A DNA stretch of 64,000 bases from an uncultured Gammaproteobacteria bacterium (GTDB taxonomy: Bacteria; Patescibacteriota; Patescibacteriia; 2-01-FULL-39-33). The stretch is taken from contig CAZLFP010000003.1 of assembly GCA_964558935.1 (NCBI GenBank), positions 39,684 through 103,683 of the forward strand, given 5' to 3'. The notes below the pieces were generated by a model. The model did not search any database and had not been told where the DNA came from. It worked only from the letters and a program-made list of their open reading frames with translations. Position numbers and translations under genes: made by a program. Positions 19,196 to 28,304 of this stretch are shown here, piece by piece (position 1 is the stretch's first letter; each line of letters begins with the position of its first letter).

Positions 19196-21001
19196 ATGAG
19201 CAGTCAAACTGAACAGATTAAAGCCAAATTGGACTTGGTTGATTTTATTGCCGGCTACACAAAAATTACACCCGCCGGCATAGATAATTTTAAGGCGGTG
19301 TGTCCTTTTCATAACGAAAAAACACCGTCTTTAATGATCAGTCGGTCCAAGCAAATCTGGAAATGCTTTGGCTGTGGTGCGGGTGGAGATATTTTTGACT
19401 TTGCCATGAAAATGGAAGGTTTGGATTTTAGTCAGGCTTTGCACATGTTGGCCGGTAAAGCCGGTGTTACTTTAGACCGGCAATCCAATCCGCAGTCTAA
19501 CGCGAAAACAAAACTTATGGAAGTCTGCCGTTGGGCAGCTGCTTTTTGGCATAAGATTTTAGTGGACGCGGAGCAAGCACAACCGGTCAGAGACTATTTG
19601 CTCAACAGGGGGATTGAAGAAACCAGTTGGGAAGATTGGCAGTTAGGCTATGCTTTAGATAAATGGGATAGTTTGTACCAATTCTTAATTAAAAAAGGTT
19701 TTAAAGCTCAAGATCTGGTTCAAGCTGGTTTGGTGGTACCCAAAAAAAGCGGAGTTGGCTATTATGATCGTTTCCGTCATAGAATAATTTTTCCCATCCA
19801 GGATGTTAGCGGTCAGGTGGTTGGTTTTGGAGGACGCGCTTTAGATCCTCAGGAGCCGGCCAAGTATCTAAACTCTCCTCAAACTCCCATCTACAACAAG
19901 AGTCAAGTCGTGTATGGCTTGTACCAAGCCAAGAACCAGATCAAGCAGCAGGATGCCGCTATTGTCGTTGAAGGCTACATGGATGTCATACCTTCCCACC
20001 AGCTGGGCATTAAAAACGTGGTCGCCATCTCCGGTACTGCTCTGACAGCTGAACAATTAAAATTACTGAAAAGATATTCACAGAATTTACTCTTAAGTCT
20101 GGATATGGACCAGGCCGGCCAGTTGGCTGCCAAGCGCAGTTTGGAATTAGCTTTAGCTTCGGATTGCAACGTTAATATGATAGTCCTGCCGGCAGGTAAG
20201 GATCCGGGGGAATGCATTGCTCAAGATCCGGCGGCCTGGACCACCGCCATCCAAGCGGCTCAGCCGGCAATGGATTATTTGTTTCAGCAAGCCATGGCGC
20301 AAGCTGACAGTTCCACTCCTCAGGGTAAAAAGCAGATTGTCAACCAATTATTGCCTTGGATTGTTAAAATTGGCAACGGGGTAGAAAAAGATTATTGGCT
20401 GAAAAGATTGGCTCAAGATTTGGCTGTGACTGAAAGTGTTCTAAGAGAAACAGTCAGTCAGTTAACGGTTAATCGTTCCGAGGTACAGACTGAAACTTTA
20501 AAAAAAGAACAACCAGACCAGCAAAGCCAATTGTTTGTTAAAATCATGGCTATTATTCAGTTAATTCCGCCTGAACTACCTCGGTTAATAGACATGATTC
20601 AACCAGTTCATTGGACTTCAGACAGTCTGCAAAACCTTTACAAAAAACTGATAATATTCTATACTAAGAATAATCATGTGTTTAAGGATTTATCTGTGGA
20701 TAAGTCTGGATTTGATGTATATACGTTACTTACCACTAGTTTTAAGGATGATTTAACCAAACAGGAATTGAAAATACTCCAAGACGCTAGTTGGTTGGCA
20801 GACACAGATTACCATGCTCTGTCTGAAACAGATTTGCAAGTAGAGTTGAGGCAGTTAATAAAACTGTTACAGACAAAATATTGGCAGAGTCAGGTCGCTA
20901 ATTTAAAGCAAAAATTACAGCAAGCTGAAGCTCAACAGGATGCTGACCAAGTGAGTCGGATCTATGAGCAGTTAAGTCAATTGTTACATCAGAAAGTATA
21001 A
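19196..21001 (+). CDS. dnaG: DNA primase DnaG
   Basis: Zinc-ribbon CPFHNEKTPS...CFGCG, a TOPRIM domain (EGYMDV...DMDQAG) and gene order dnaG-rpoD. Confidence 0.92.
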   Translation: MSSQTEQIKAKLDLVDFIAGYTKITPAGIDNFKAVCPFHNEKTPSLMISRSKQIWKCFGCGAGGDIFDFAMKMEGLDFSQALHMLAGKAGVTLDRQSNPQSNAKTKLMEVCRWAAAFWHKILVDAEQAQPVRDYLLNRGIEETSWEDWQLGYALDKWDSLYQFLIKKGFKAQDLVQAGLVVPKKSGVGYYDRFRHRIIFPIQDVSGQVVGFGGRALDPQEPAKYLNSPQTPIYNKSQVVYGLYQAKNQIKQQDAAIVVEGYMDVIPSHQLGIKNVVAISGTALTAEQLKLLKRYSQNLLLSLDMDQAGQLAAKRSLELALASDCNVNMIVLPAGKDPGECIAQDPAAWTTAIQAAQPAMDYLFQQAMAQADSSTPQGKKQIVNQLLPWIVKIGNGVEKDYWLKRLAQDLAVTESVLRETVSQLTVNRSEVQTETLKKEQPDQQSQLFVKIMAIIQLIPPELPRLIDMIQPVHWTSDSLQNLYKKLIIFYTKNNHVFKDLSVDKSGFDVYTLLTTSFKDDLTKQELKILQDASWLADTDYHALSETDLQVELRQLIKLLQTKYWQSQVANLKQKLQQAEAQQDADQVSRIYEQLSQLLHQKV

Positions 21002-21015
21002 TATATTGCTAGTTA

Positions 21016-22398
21016 ATGCCCAGAAAAAAAAGCGTCGGTCAGAGTAAAACAGTTAAGAAAAAGACAGCTGTTGCTCGCCGCAAATCCAGTGTAAAACGGG
21101 CAAAGAAAAAAACTACTCGGAAGACAACTAGTTCTAAACCCCAAAAAACTCAGTCAGTTTCTAGAAAAAAGTCCACGTCTAAATCTAAAAAGGCGACAGG
21201 TAAACGGACCACTAGAAAGACTACCCTTCAGAGAACTAGAAAAACCAAAACTCCGAGAGTTAAAATAAGTCCAGACCAAGAAGCGATTGTAACCTTAATT
21301 CGAAAGGGTAGATCGCGTGGTTTTGTGACGGAACAAGAAATACTCTTGGCTCTACCTGAAATAGAAGAGTATGTTTTAGACTACGAAGCTTTGTTGGAAT
21401 CTTTAGACAGATTAAGTGTTAATGTGGTGGAAACAGGTGGTTTCTTGGGCCAATTTAAGTCGGCTTTGGATCGTCAAGAACAAGCTCAAGCACCTAAAGT
21501 TAAAGGAAAAAGCATTAAGGAAAAGACCATTTCTCCGGTTAGTGGCATGCTGTCCTCTGTTAATTTGGGGGATATTTCCGCTGATTCCATTCAAATGTAT
21601 TTGAGGGAAATTGGACAAGTGCCACTGTTGAGCTCAGAAGAAGAAGTTTCGCTGGCTAAGAGAATTGAAAGGGGAGATATTGAAGCAAGACAGCAGTTAA
21701 TACGGGCTAATTTAAGGTTGGTTGTTTCAATTGCCAAAAGATTTACCGGTAAATCATTGTCTTTATTGGATCTCATCCAGGAAGGAAATATTGGACTGTT
21801 TAGAGCGGTGGATAAGTTTGACTACCGTAAGGGGTATAAGTTTTCCACGTATGCCACTTGGTGGATTAGGCAGGCGATTTCCCGGTCTTTAGCCGATCAG
21901 TCTCGGACAATTCGGATTCCGGTCCATATGGTGGAAAATATTAACAAATTCCAACAGGTCGAGAGAAGGTTGGTTCAGGATTTGGGTCGGGAACCTATGC
22001 CAGAGGAGATTGCGGCTGAAATGGGAGAGGATCTGGACCGTATTAATCATATTATTAAGATTTCACAGGAAACGATTTCTTTGGGCACTCCGGTTGGAGA
22101 TGACAGCGATGATTCGATTCTGGAAGATTTCATTGAAGACCGGAAAACCATTACGCCCGACAGAACAGCGGCTTTGCAAATATTAAGAGATTATGTGAAT
22201 GAAGTGATTGCTGAATTAACGCCTCGTGAGCAGAAAGTGTTGGAGATGAGATTCGGGTTAAGAGATGGTGTAGCGCACACTCTGGAAGAAGTGGGTCGCG
22301 AATTTGATGTCACGCGTGAGAGAATCAGGCAGATTGAAGCAAAAGCCCTGGAGAAAATCGAGAAATTCAAAGGCGTGGAAAAATTGAGAGATTTTTAA
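21016..22398 (+). CDS. rpoD: RNA polymerase primary sigma factor (sigma-70 family) with a ~90-aa highly basic N-terminal extension
   Basis: Regions 2-4 are present ([10 protein letters not shown], the RLVVSIAKR motif, C-terminal [26 protein letters not shown]). The first ~90 aa are a Lys/Arg/Thr/Ser-rich low-complexity stretch. Confidence 0.95.
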   Translation: MPRKKSVGQSKTVKKKTAVARRKSSVKRAKKKTTRKTTSSKPQKTQSVSRKKSTSKSKKATGKRTTRKTTLQRTRKTKTPRVKISPDQEAIVTLIRKGRSRGFVTEQEILLALPEIEEYVLDYEALLESLDRLSVNVVETGGFLGQFKSALDRQEQAQAPKVKGKSIKEKTISPVSGMLSSVNLGDISADSIQMYLREIGQVPLLSSEEEVSLAKRIERGDIEARQQLIRANLRLVVSIAKRFTGKSLSLLDLIQEGNIGLFRAVDKFDYRKGYKFSTYATWWIRQAISRSLADQSRTIRIPVHMVENINKFQQVERRLVQDLGREPMPEEIAAEMGEDLDRINHIIKISQETISLGTPVGDDSDDSILEDFIEDRKTITPDRTAALQILRDYVNEVIAELTPREQKVLEMRFGLRDGVAHTLEEVGREFDVTRERIRQIEAKALEKIEKFKGVEKLRDF

Positions 22399-22448
22399 TT
22401 ATTGTTTAATTATAGCTAAATAATTAGGCTGTTGCTGTTTGTTTAACA

Positions 22449-22477
22449 TTGACAAGGTTGAGATTATTTGCTAAAAT
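22449..22477 (+). promoter_or_regulatory. Consensus sigma70 promoter (TTGACA-N17-TAAAAT) for tRNA-Asn
   Basis: Perfect -35 TTGACA at 22449-22454, a 17-nt spacer and -10 TAAAAT at 22472-22477. Confidence 0.5.
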
Positions 22478-22517
22478 TGGATAGTGAATCATGAAGATGA
22501 TTTTTTTTATTGAATCT

Positions 22518-22589
22518 TCCGCGATAGCTCAATGGTAGAGCAACCGGCTGTTAACCGGTAGGCTACTGGTTCGAGTCCAGTTCGCGGAG
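22518..22589 (+). tRNA. tRNA-Asn (anticodon GUU)
   Basis: Acceptor TCCGCGA/TCGCGGA, D-arm TAGCTCAATGGTAGAGCA, anticodon stem-loop ACCGG-CTGTTAA-CCGGT and T-arm CTGGTTCGAGTCCAG. Confidence 0.9.
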
Positions 22590-22597
22590 CATTACAG

Positions 22598-22621
22598 AAA
22601 TCCCTGCAAAGGGATTTTTAT
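22598..22621 (+). terminator. Rho-independent terminator after tRNA-Asn
   Basis: AAATCCCT-GCAA-AGGGATTT hairpin followed by a T-run. Confidence 0.7.
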
Positions 22622-22762
22622 ATTTGGTTAAAATCTCCAATTTATGGTATAATTATACTATCCATAACTGTGGATAGGTGATATTTTTATTAAACTTCTA
22701 CAATTGTCTAAACCCCACTAAACAAGCAGATTAATTTGGTTGTTTGGTTTGAAATAGATATT

Positions 22763-24025
22763 ATGCCCGCCAATTTTTTAAACAAACATTTAGATGTAAA
22801 AGTGTTGCAATACTTGGATATTATTAGCGCTATTGTGGTGGTTATTAACACGCGCGGTCAAGTTGCGTACATCAACAAACTGGGAGCTAAAGCCATGGGC
22901 TATACACCTCAGGAAATGATTGGCCAGGATTGGGTAGTCAATTTTTTACCCAAGGATATCCAGGCGGAAGTAAAGCAGTTGTCCCAAAAAATGCTGAAGG
23001 GAAAGATCAAGGTTGTGGAGCATTTTGAAAACCCAATTGTAACCAAAACCGGTCAGCAGCGTATCATTGCTTGGAGCGGTCAGATTCTAAAAGATGACCA
23101 GGGTAAGATTACCGGACATATGAGTACCGGCATAGACATTACAGATTTAAAGGAATCTCAACATCTTTTTCAGACAATTGTGGAACACAGTCATGATGCC
23201 ATTATGGTCACACAAATGAATGGTGTAGTCAGTTATCTAAGTCCATCGGCCAAAAGAGTGCTGGGTCATGACCCTAAGCGAATAGTCGGTATAGATCCGG
23301 ATATTATTGATCCTCAAGACAAGGATAAGGTGGCTCAAGCTTTCCAGAGTGCCCTGCAGGGTCAGTCTGGCTCACAGCTGGAATACCGGATTGTCACTGA
23401 TCAGGGACAGTCTAAATGGATTTCTCATTCTTGGTCACCCATTATATCGCAAGGTAAAATTAAAGAGATTGTGAGTATTATCTCTGATATTGATGAAACT
23501 AAACGCCGGACTGAACAGGAAGCGCAGAGAAAGGATCAGTTAATTGATGCACTTAGAAAATATGAGATCATGTTTAATATCAACCGAGACATTATTATCC
23601 AATTGGATCCCAAGGGCAAGATTTTAGACATTAACAACCGAGTAGAGGATTATGGCTATGCCAAATCTGATTTTATTGGAAAAAGCACTTTTAAGCTGGC
23701 CGGTGTTATTCCCAAGAAATGGTGGCCGAAAATCGTTCAAGTGTATGCACAGCGAATGAAAAAAGCAGAGGTGGAGAATTACGAGATACAGATTAAGGAT
23801 AAGCAGGGTAGTTTGTATGATGTGGAAATCAGCCCGGTTTCCATTCGAAATGACCAAGGCAAGGTTATTGGTGCCTTTGTCAGTCTACACGACATAACTC
23901 AGTTGAAAAAAAGTCAGCAAGAATTGAAAGATAAAATCAAGGATTTGGAAAGATTGAATGAACTGATGGTGGGTCGGGAATTAAAAATGGCTGAGTTAAA
24001 AAAGAAATTAAAGCAGTATGAATAA
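22763..24025 (+). CDS. Multi-PAS sensor protein with no catalytic output domain and a C-terminal coiled coil
   Basis: Three PAS-like modules (two PAS/PAC-like repeats with NTRGQVAYINKLGAKAMGYTPQEMIGQDW, MVTQMNGVVSYLSPSAKRVLGHDPKRIVG and DPKGKILDINNRVEDYGYAKSDFIGKS). Ends in a coiled coil ...ERLNELMVGRELKMAELKKKL. Start chosen at MPANFL (22763). Confidence 0.8.
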   Translation: MPANFLNKHLDVKVLQYLDIISAIVVVINTRGQVAYINKLGAKAMGYTPQEMIGQDWVVNFLPKDIQAEVKQLSQKMLKGKIKVVEHFENPIVTKTGQQRIIAWSGQILKDDQGKITGHMSTGIDITDLKESQHLFQTIVEHSHDAIMVTQMNGVVSYLSPSAKRVLGHDPKRIVGIDPDIIDPQDKDKVAQAFQSALQGQSGSQLEYRIVTDQGQSKWISHSWSPIISQGKIKEIVSIISDIDETKRRTEQEAQRKDQLIDALRKYEIMFNINRDIIIQLDPKGKILDINNRVEDYGYAKSDFIGKSTFKLAGVIPKKWWPKIVQVYAQRMKKAEVENYEIQIKDKQGSLYDVEISPVSIRNDQGKVIGAFVSLHDITQLKKSQQELKDKIKDLERLNELMVGRELKMAELKKKLKQYE

Positions 24026-24034
24026 TCCAAAAAT

Positions 24035-24520
24035 ATGACCAATATTTTAATTGTTAGTTTGGGAGTTGTTTGTTTTATAATCACCATTGCCAGTTATCCC
24101 AAACTGTTGAAACTGATGACGAATGTCAATCTGAAATCAGCCTGGCTGGTCATGTTGGGTTTTGTTATCAGTTTTACTCTGGGATATGCCTTGTTCATTT
24201 ATCTCTTATTATTTGAACTCACGATCGAAAATATTGATCTATTGGAAACCATAGTGAGTTTAATCTTTTTTTTAGGTGCTGTCTTTGTGGTTTTGTCTAC
24301 CCAGATTTTAATGTTGACCATCGAGAAGTTCAATAATTTGAATCAGGATTGTCAGCAGGTTAACGACAAGCTGGAAAAATTGAAAGATAGTTTAGATCAG
24401 AAGGTCAGAGAGAGAACAGCTCAATTGGAGAGAATCAGCAGTGCAACCATTAATCGGGAATCCAAAATGCTCAAGCTAAAAAAGGAATTGGACAGTATTA
24501 AGAAAAAATTGAATGATTAG
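24035..24520 (+). CDS. Small 4-TM membrane protein with a C-terminal signalling-helix-like coiled coil
   Basis: Four hydrophobic segments, then VRERTAQLERISSATINRESKMLKLKKEL, an S-helix-like ERT motif. Overlaps the histidine kinase start by 8 nt. Confidence 0.55.
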   Translation: MTNILIVSLGVVCFIITIASYPKLLKLMTNVNLKSAWLVMLGFVISFTLGYALFIYLLLFELTIENIDLLETIVSLIFFLGAVFVVLSTQILMLTIEKFNNLNQDCQQVNDKLEKLKDSLDQKVRERTAQLERISSATINRESKMLKLKKELDSIKKKLND

Positions 24521-27500
24521 CTTACTGTTAAACTTTTATTTTGTATCTGAACTGCTGTATGTGGTAGTGATTTTGGTGTTATTGTTATTACTTCTGCTGC
24601 AGTCGAAAAAAGATCAAAAAGCCTATTCTCTGGGTTGGTTAATGTACTTTGCGGTTATGTGGATGGGTCTTGATTTGATCAATTTGTTTTTTTCCGGACT
24701 AGACGTCAGTCTGCTGATATGGAAATTGATTCTCTTCTTTGGTTTGGCTATGGCCGTGTTTGCTTTGCGATTTATCGTCATTTATCTGTATAACCGGATC
24801 GGGTGGTATTGGGACTTGCTGTTTTTCTGCGTGCTTGCTGTTTTTTTTGGTGTCATTACCTTTACAGATCTTTTCATGATTGGGGTTAAGCCACTGGAGT
24901 ACTTTGGACAATCTAATTTCATAGTCGGCCCCTATTACTGGTTGTCTGCTTTGATTATCGTGCTGTCGGTTGTGATTGGCATTGTTTTGCTGGTAATTCG
25001 GTATTTTACAGAACAGAATCCTCAAGAGAAAAAAGATACCCGCAGCCTGTTACTGTCTTTCATTATGATCTTGGCGATAGCACCGGTGACCAATTTGTTG
25101 ATGCCCATGATGGGTATGGGTGGTTTCCGACTGGCGAATGTCGCTGTGACTGTTATCATTATTGTTTTTTTCTATATTATTTACCGACGCAATGCTTTGG
25201 GAATTGTTCTAAACAGAATTAAAATTAGAACCAAGATTTACTTAATATCTTTGATCCAGTTTATGCTCTTTACGCTGTGTCTGATCGTGATTATCGGCAG
25301 CGTATCGATCGGCCAGTTGGAACAAGAAATCGCCAATCATTTGGAATCGATCGCTTCAGCCAGAGCCAGTCATATTCAAACCTATTTTAATCAGAATTTG
25401 GATCGTTTACGTCTCATTACCAGTCGCACCCAGTTGAGAATGTTAGTTCGAGAGTATCAAAGCGAGCCTAGCTATGAAACTCAACAGCAGATGAATCGAA
25501 TTTTGCAAGATGCGATTATTCCGGTTCAAGAGCTGAGGTTCATCTCCATTGTTGATATAAACGGCCGGATCATCGCTTCGACCGATGAATCCATGTTGGG
25601 CCAGAATGTAAGTCAAGATCATTATTTTATCCATGGCCTTAAAGATGAACATGTTTCCTTTGAAAAACATATTGGCCATAATCATCATGACCTGTATTTT
25701 GCAGGACCTTTGACCTTAAATGATGAACTGATTGGCATAGGCGTATCTGCCATCGGACCTTTTGAGCTGTCAGACATTATTCGAGATCGGACCGGTTTGG
25801 GACAGACCGGTGAAGTCATGCTCGCTTTTCAAGACTTGGCCGGTAATTGTATTTTTCCCCTTGAGCGGCGTTTTGAGAGCCAAGCTTTGGAACCCGCTTG
25901 TATAGATGATCAGGATACAGCCATGGGCCGAGCTTTAAATCAAGAAGAGACGTTGTTGTTGGATCAGCAAGATTACCGGGGACAGACTGTGATTGCCGTC
26001 ACCAGGTACATACCCGGCATTGATCTGGGACTGGTGGCTAAGATTGATCGAGATGAAGCCTTGTCCGCTGTCTACAGTCTGGCTCTAATCTTGTTGCTGG
26101 CGGGTGTTAGTTTTTCTGCATTGTATTTTGTGGTGAACTATTTCATTGCCCGCTTCATTTCCCAGCCCATTGAAAATTTGAGAAAGGGTGCTCAAGAATT
26201 TGAAAAAGGCAATTATAACTTCCAGATAGACACAATTTCGCAAGATGAAGTCGGAGATTTGGGTCGTTCTTTCATTCAATTGATTGAATCAATCCGGAAA
26301 TCTCGTTCTGAGGTTGAGAAGAAGGTGGCTAAACAAACCAAAGAGATTGTGGCCTCCAACAAGAGGATGGCTTCTCAGCAGGAGGCGGTTTTAAATATTC
26401 TGGAGGATATTGAAGAAGAAAAAGACAGAACAGAGCAAGAAAAGGACAAAGCAAATACGATTTTGCAAGGTATTGGTGACGGAGTGATGGTGATTGATAA
26501 TGATCTGAGAATTACCCTGTTCAATAAAATGGCGTCTGAGATTTCCGGTTATTCTGCCAAAGAGGTTTTAAACAAAAAATACAATCAGTTCATTAAATTT
26601 GTAGATGAGAAGAATAAGAAGTCAAATGACGATTATATTAAAGAGGCCATGGCTACCAACAGTATTATGGAGATGCCGGATGATACTCTGTTGATCAAAA
26701 AAGACGGTAGTTTCGTACCGGTTAATGATTCAGCCGCTGCCCTATCTGACCGGGAAGGACATAGTATCGGTTGTGTGATTGTATTTAGAGATGTAACCAA
26801 AGAGAGAGAAGTCGACAAAATGAAGACAGAGTTTGTGTCGCTGGCTTCCCATCAGTTAAGAACTCCGCTGTCAGCCATTAAGTGGTTTTTGGAAATGCTT
26901 TTGGAGGGTGATGCCGGCAGAATTACCAAAAACCAGAAGAATTACTTACAGCAGGCTTTTGACAGTAATGAAAGGATGATTTCTTTGGTTAATGACTTGT
27001 TAAATATCTCCCGAATTGAATCCGGCCGGTTGTCACTGGTGCCCAAGCCTACGGATTTAATTGAATTGTCTCAAACTGTGATTGATGAATTAATGCCTTC
27101 CATCCGAGCCCATAACCAGATTTTTAAGTTCATTAAGCCTAAAAAATTGCCTAAAATTAAGCTGGATACCAATTTAATCGGGCAGGTTATTGCCAACTTG
27201 CTGTCAAATGCGATAAAATATACACATAGACAAGGTGAGATAGTTTTAAAGATTGAACGGAAAGACGGCCAAGTGGCGATTTCGGTTAAAGATCAGGGAG
27301 TGGGCATTCCCCAGAACCAGCAGAGTAAAGTTTTCCAAAAGTTCTTCAGAGCGGATAATGTCGTCACTTTGGAAACCGAAGGTTCCGGATTGGGTTTGTA
27401 TGTAGCTAAAAAGGTAGTTGAAGCATCAGGCGGACATATTGGATTTGTGTCTCAGGAGGGTAAGGGCTCCACTTTTACCTTTACTTTGCCGCTGTCTGGC

Positions 27501-27551
27501 AGTAAAGCCATCAAAGGTGAGAAATCTTTGGAAAAAATCAAGTTTAAATAA
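24513..27551 (+). CDS. Large membrane sensor histidine kinase (multi-TM N-terminal module, extracytoplasmic sensor domain, HAMP, PAS, HisKA, HATPase_c)
   Basis: ~7 N-terminal TM helices, a periplasmic Cache-like region, a second TM plus HAMP, a PAS module, an H-box ASHQLRTPLSAIKWF, an N-box LLSNAIKYT and G-boxes DQGVGIP / GSGLGLYVAKK. Confidence 0.9.
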   Translation: MISLLLNFYFVSELLYVVVILVLLLLLLLQSKKDQKAYSLGWLMYFAVMWMGLDLINLFFSGLDVSLLIWKLILFFGLAMAVFALRFIVIYLYNRIGWYWDLLFFCVLAVFFGVITFTDLFMIGVKPLEYFGQSNFIVGPYYWLSALIIVLSVVIGIVLLVIRYFTEQNPQEKKDTRSLLLSFIMILAIAPVTNLLMPMMGMGGFRLANVAVTVIIIVFFYIIYRRNALGIVLNRIKIRTKIYLISLIQFMLFTLCLIVIIGSVSIGQLEQEIANHLESIASARASHIQTYFNQNLDRLRLITSRTQLRMLVREYQSEPSYETQQQMNRILQDAIIPVQELRFISIVDINGRIIASTDESMLGQNVSQDHYFIHGLKDEHVSFEKHIGHNHHDLYFAGPLTLNDELIGIGVSAIGPFELSDIIRDRTGLGQTGEVMLAFQDLAGNCIFPLERRFESQALEPACIDDQDTAMGRALNQEETLLLDQQDYRGQTVIAVTRYIPGIDLGLVAKIDRDEALSAVYSLALILLLAGVSFSALYFVVNYFIARFISQPIENLRKGAQEFEKGNYNFQIDTISQDEVGDLGRSFIQLIESIRKSRSEVEKKVAKQTKEIVASNKRMASQQEAVLNILEDIEEEKDRTEQEKDKANTILQGIGDGVMVIDNDLRITLFNKMASEISGYSAKEVLNKKYNQFIKFVDEKNKKSNDDYIKEAMATNSIMEMPDDTLLIKKDGSFVPVNDSAAALSDREGHSIGCVIVFRDVTKEREVDKMKTEFVSLASHQLRTPLSAIKWFLEMLLEGDAGRITKNQKNYLQQAFDSNERMISLVNDLLNISRIESGRLSLVPKPTDLIELSQTVIDELMPSIRAHNQIFKFIKPKKLPKIKLDTNLIGQVIANLLSNAIKYTHRQGEIVLKIERKDGQVAISVKDQGVGIPQNQQSKVFQKFFRADNVVTLETEGSGLGLYVAKKVVEASGGHIGFVSQEGKGSTFTFTLPLSGSKAIKGEKSLEKIKFK

Positions 27552-27569
27552 ATCATAATCATTTAACAT

Positions 27570-27935
27570 ATGAAAAAACACAAGATTTTGGTGGTTGAAG
27601 ATGAAAAGACTTTGGCTCAAGCCTTGCTGGACAAACTGACGCGAGCCGGTTTTGATGTCATGGCTGCCTATAACGGTGAGGAGGGATTAAGTAAAGTTAA
27701 GTCCGAGAAGCCGGATTTGGTTTTGTTGGATATTGTCATGCCGGTTATGGATGGTTTGACCATGCTGACGGAATTGAGAAAAACCTCTCAAGTACCGGTC
27801 ATCATTTTGACCAATTTGTCTTCCGAAGAAAGTTTAAGCGATGCCATGAGTGGCGGCAGTTATGAGTACTTAGTCAAATCCAATTATTCCTTAGATGAAG
27901 TGATTGAACGCATAAATAATACTTTAAACAAGTAG
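27570..27935 (+). CDS. Single-domain response regulator (REC only)
   Basis: Acidic pocket EDE, phosphoacceptor Asp in VLLDIVMPVMDG, conserved T/K (ILTNL...K). No output domain. Confidence 0.85.
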   Translation: MKKHKILVVEDEKTLAQALLDKLTRAGFDVMAAYNGEEGLSKVKSEKPDLVLLDIVMPVMDGLTMLTELRKTSQVPVIILTNLSSEESLSDAMSGGSYEYLVKSNYSLDEVIERINNTLNK

Positions 27936-27936
27936 C

Positions 27937-28302
27937 ATGACTAAAGTTTTGGTGGTTGAGGATGATAAATTCCTGTTGGCTGCCTATTCTGCAAAACTTA
28001 AGAATTCCGGCTTTGAAACGATTTTAGCGGTCGACGGTGAAGAAGCTATGACCAAAGTTCAAGCTGAAAAACCAGATATTATTCTGCTGGATTTGGTGTT
28101 GCCCAAAAAAGACGGTTTTGATGTCTTATTTGACATTAAGCAAAATCCAGATACCAAGAGTATCCCGGTGATTATTTTGTCAAATTTGGGCCAGGAAGAA
28201 GATGTAGCCAAGGGTAAGAAACTGGGTGCGACTCACTATCTGGTTAAATCCAATATTGCCATTAAAGATGTGGTGGCAAAAATTAAAGAAGTTCTAGCAT
28301 AG
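27937..28302 (+). CDS. Single-domain response regulator (REC only), paralog of the previous gene
   Basis: EDD pocket and an Asp in ILLDLVLPKKDGF. 121 aa with no output domain. Start overlaps the previous stop. Confidence 0.85.
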   Translation: MTKVLVVEDDKFLLAAYSAKLKNSGFETILAVDGEEAMTKVQAEKPDIILLDLVLPKKDGFDVLFDIKQNPDTKSIPVIILSNLGQEEDVAKGKKLGATHYLVKSNIAIKDVVAKIKEVLA

Positions 28303-28304
28303 TT

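Noticed and set aside
22763-27551. PAS protein, small membrane protein and histidine kinase being one frameshifted mega-gene
   Set aside because: Each has its own start codon and a plausible domain boundary. The 10-nt and -8-nt junctions are typical operon spacing here. There is no evidence of an interrupted domain at the junctions.
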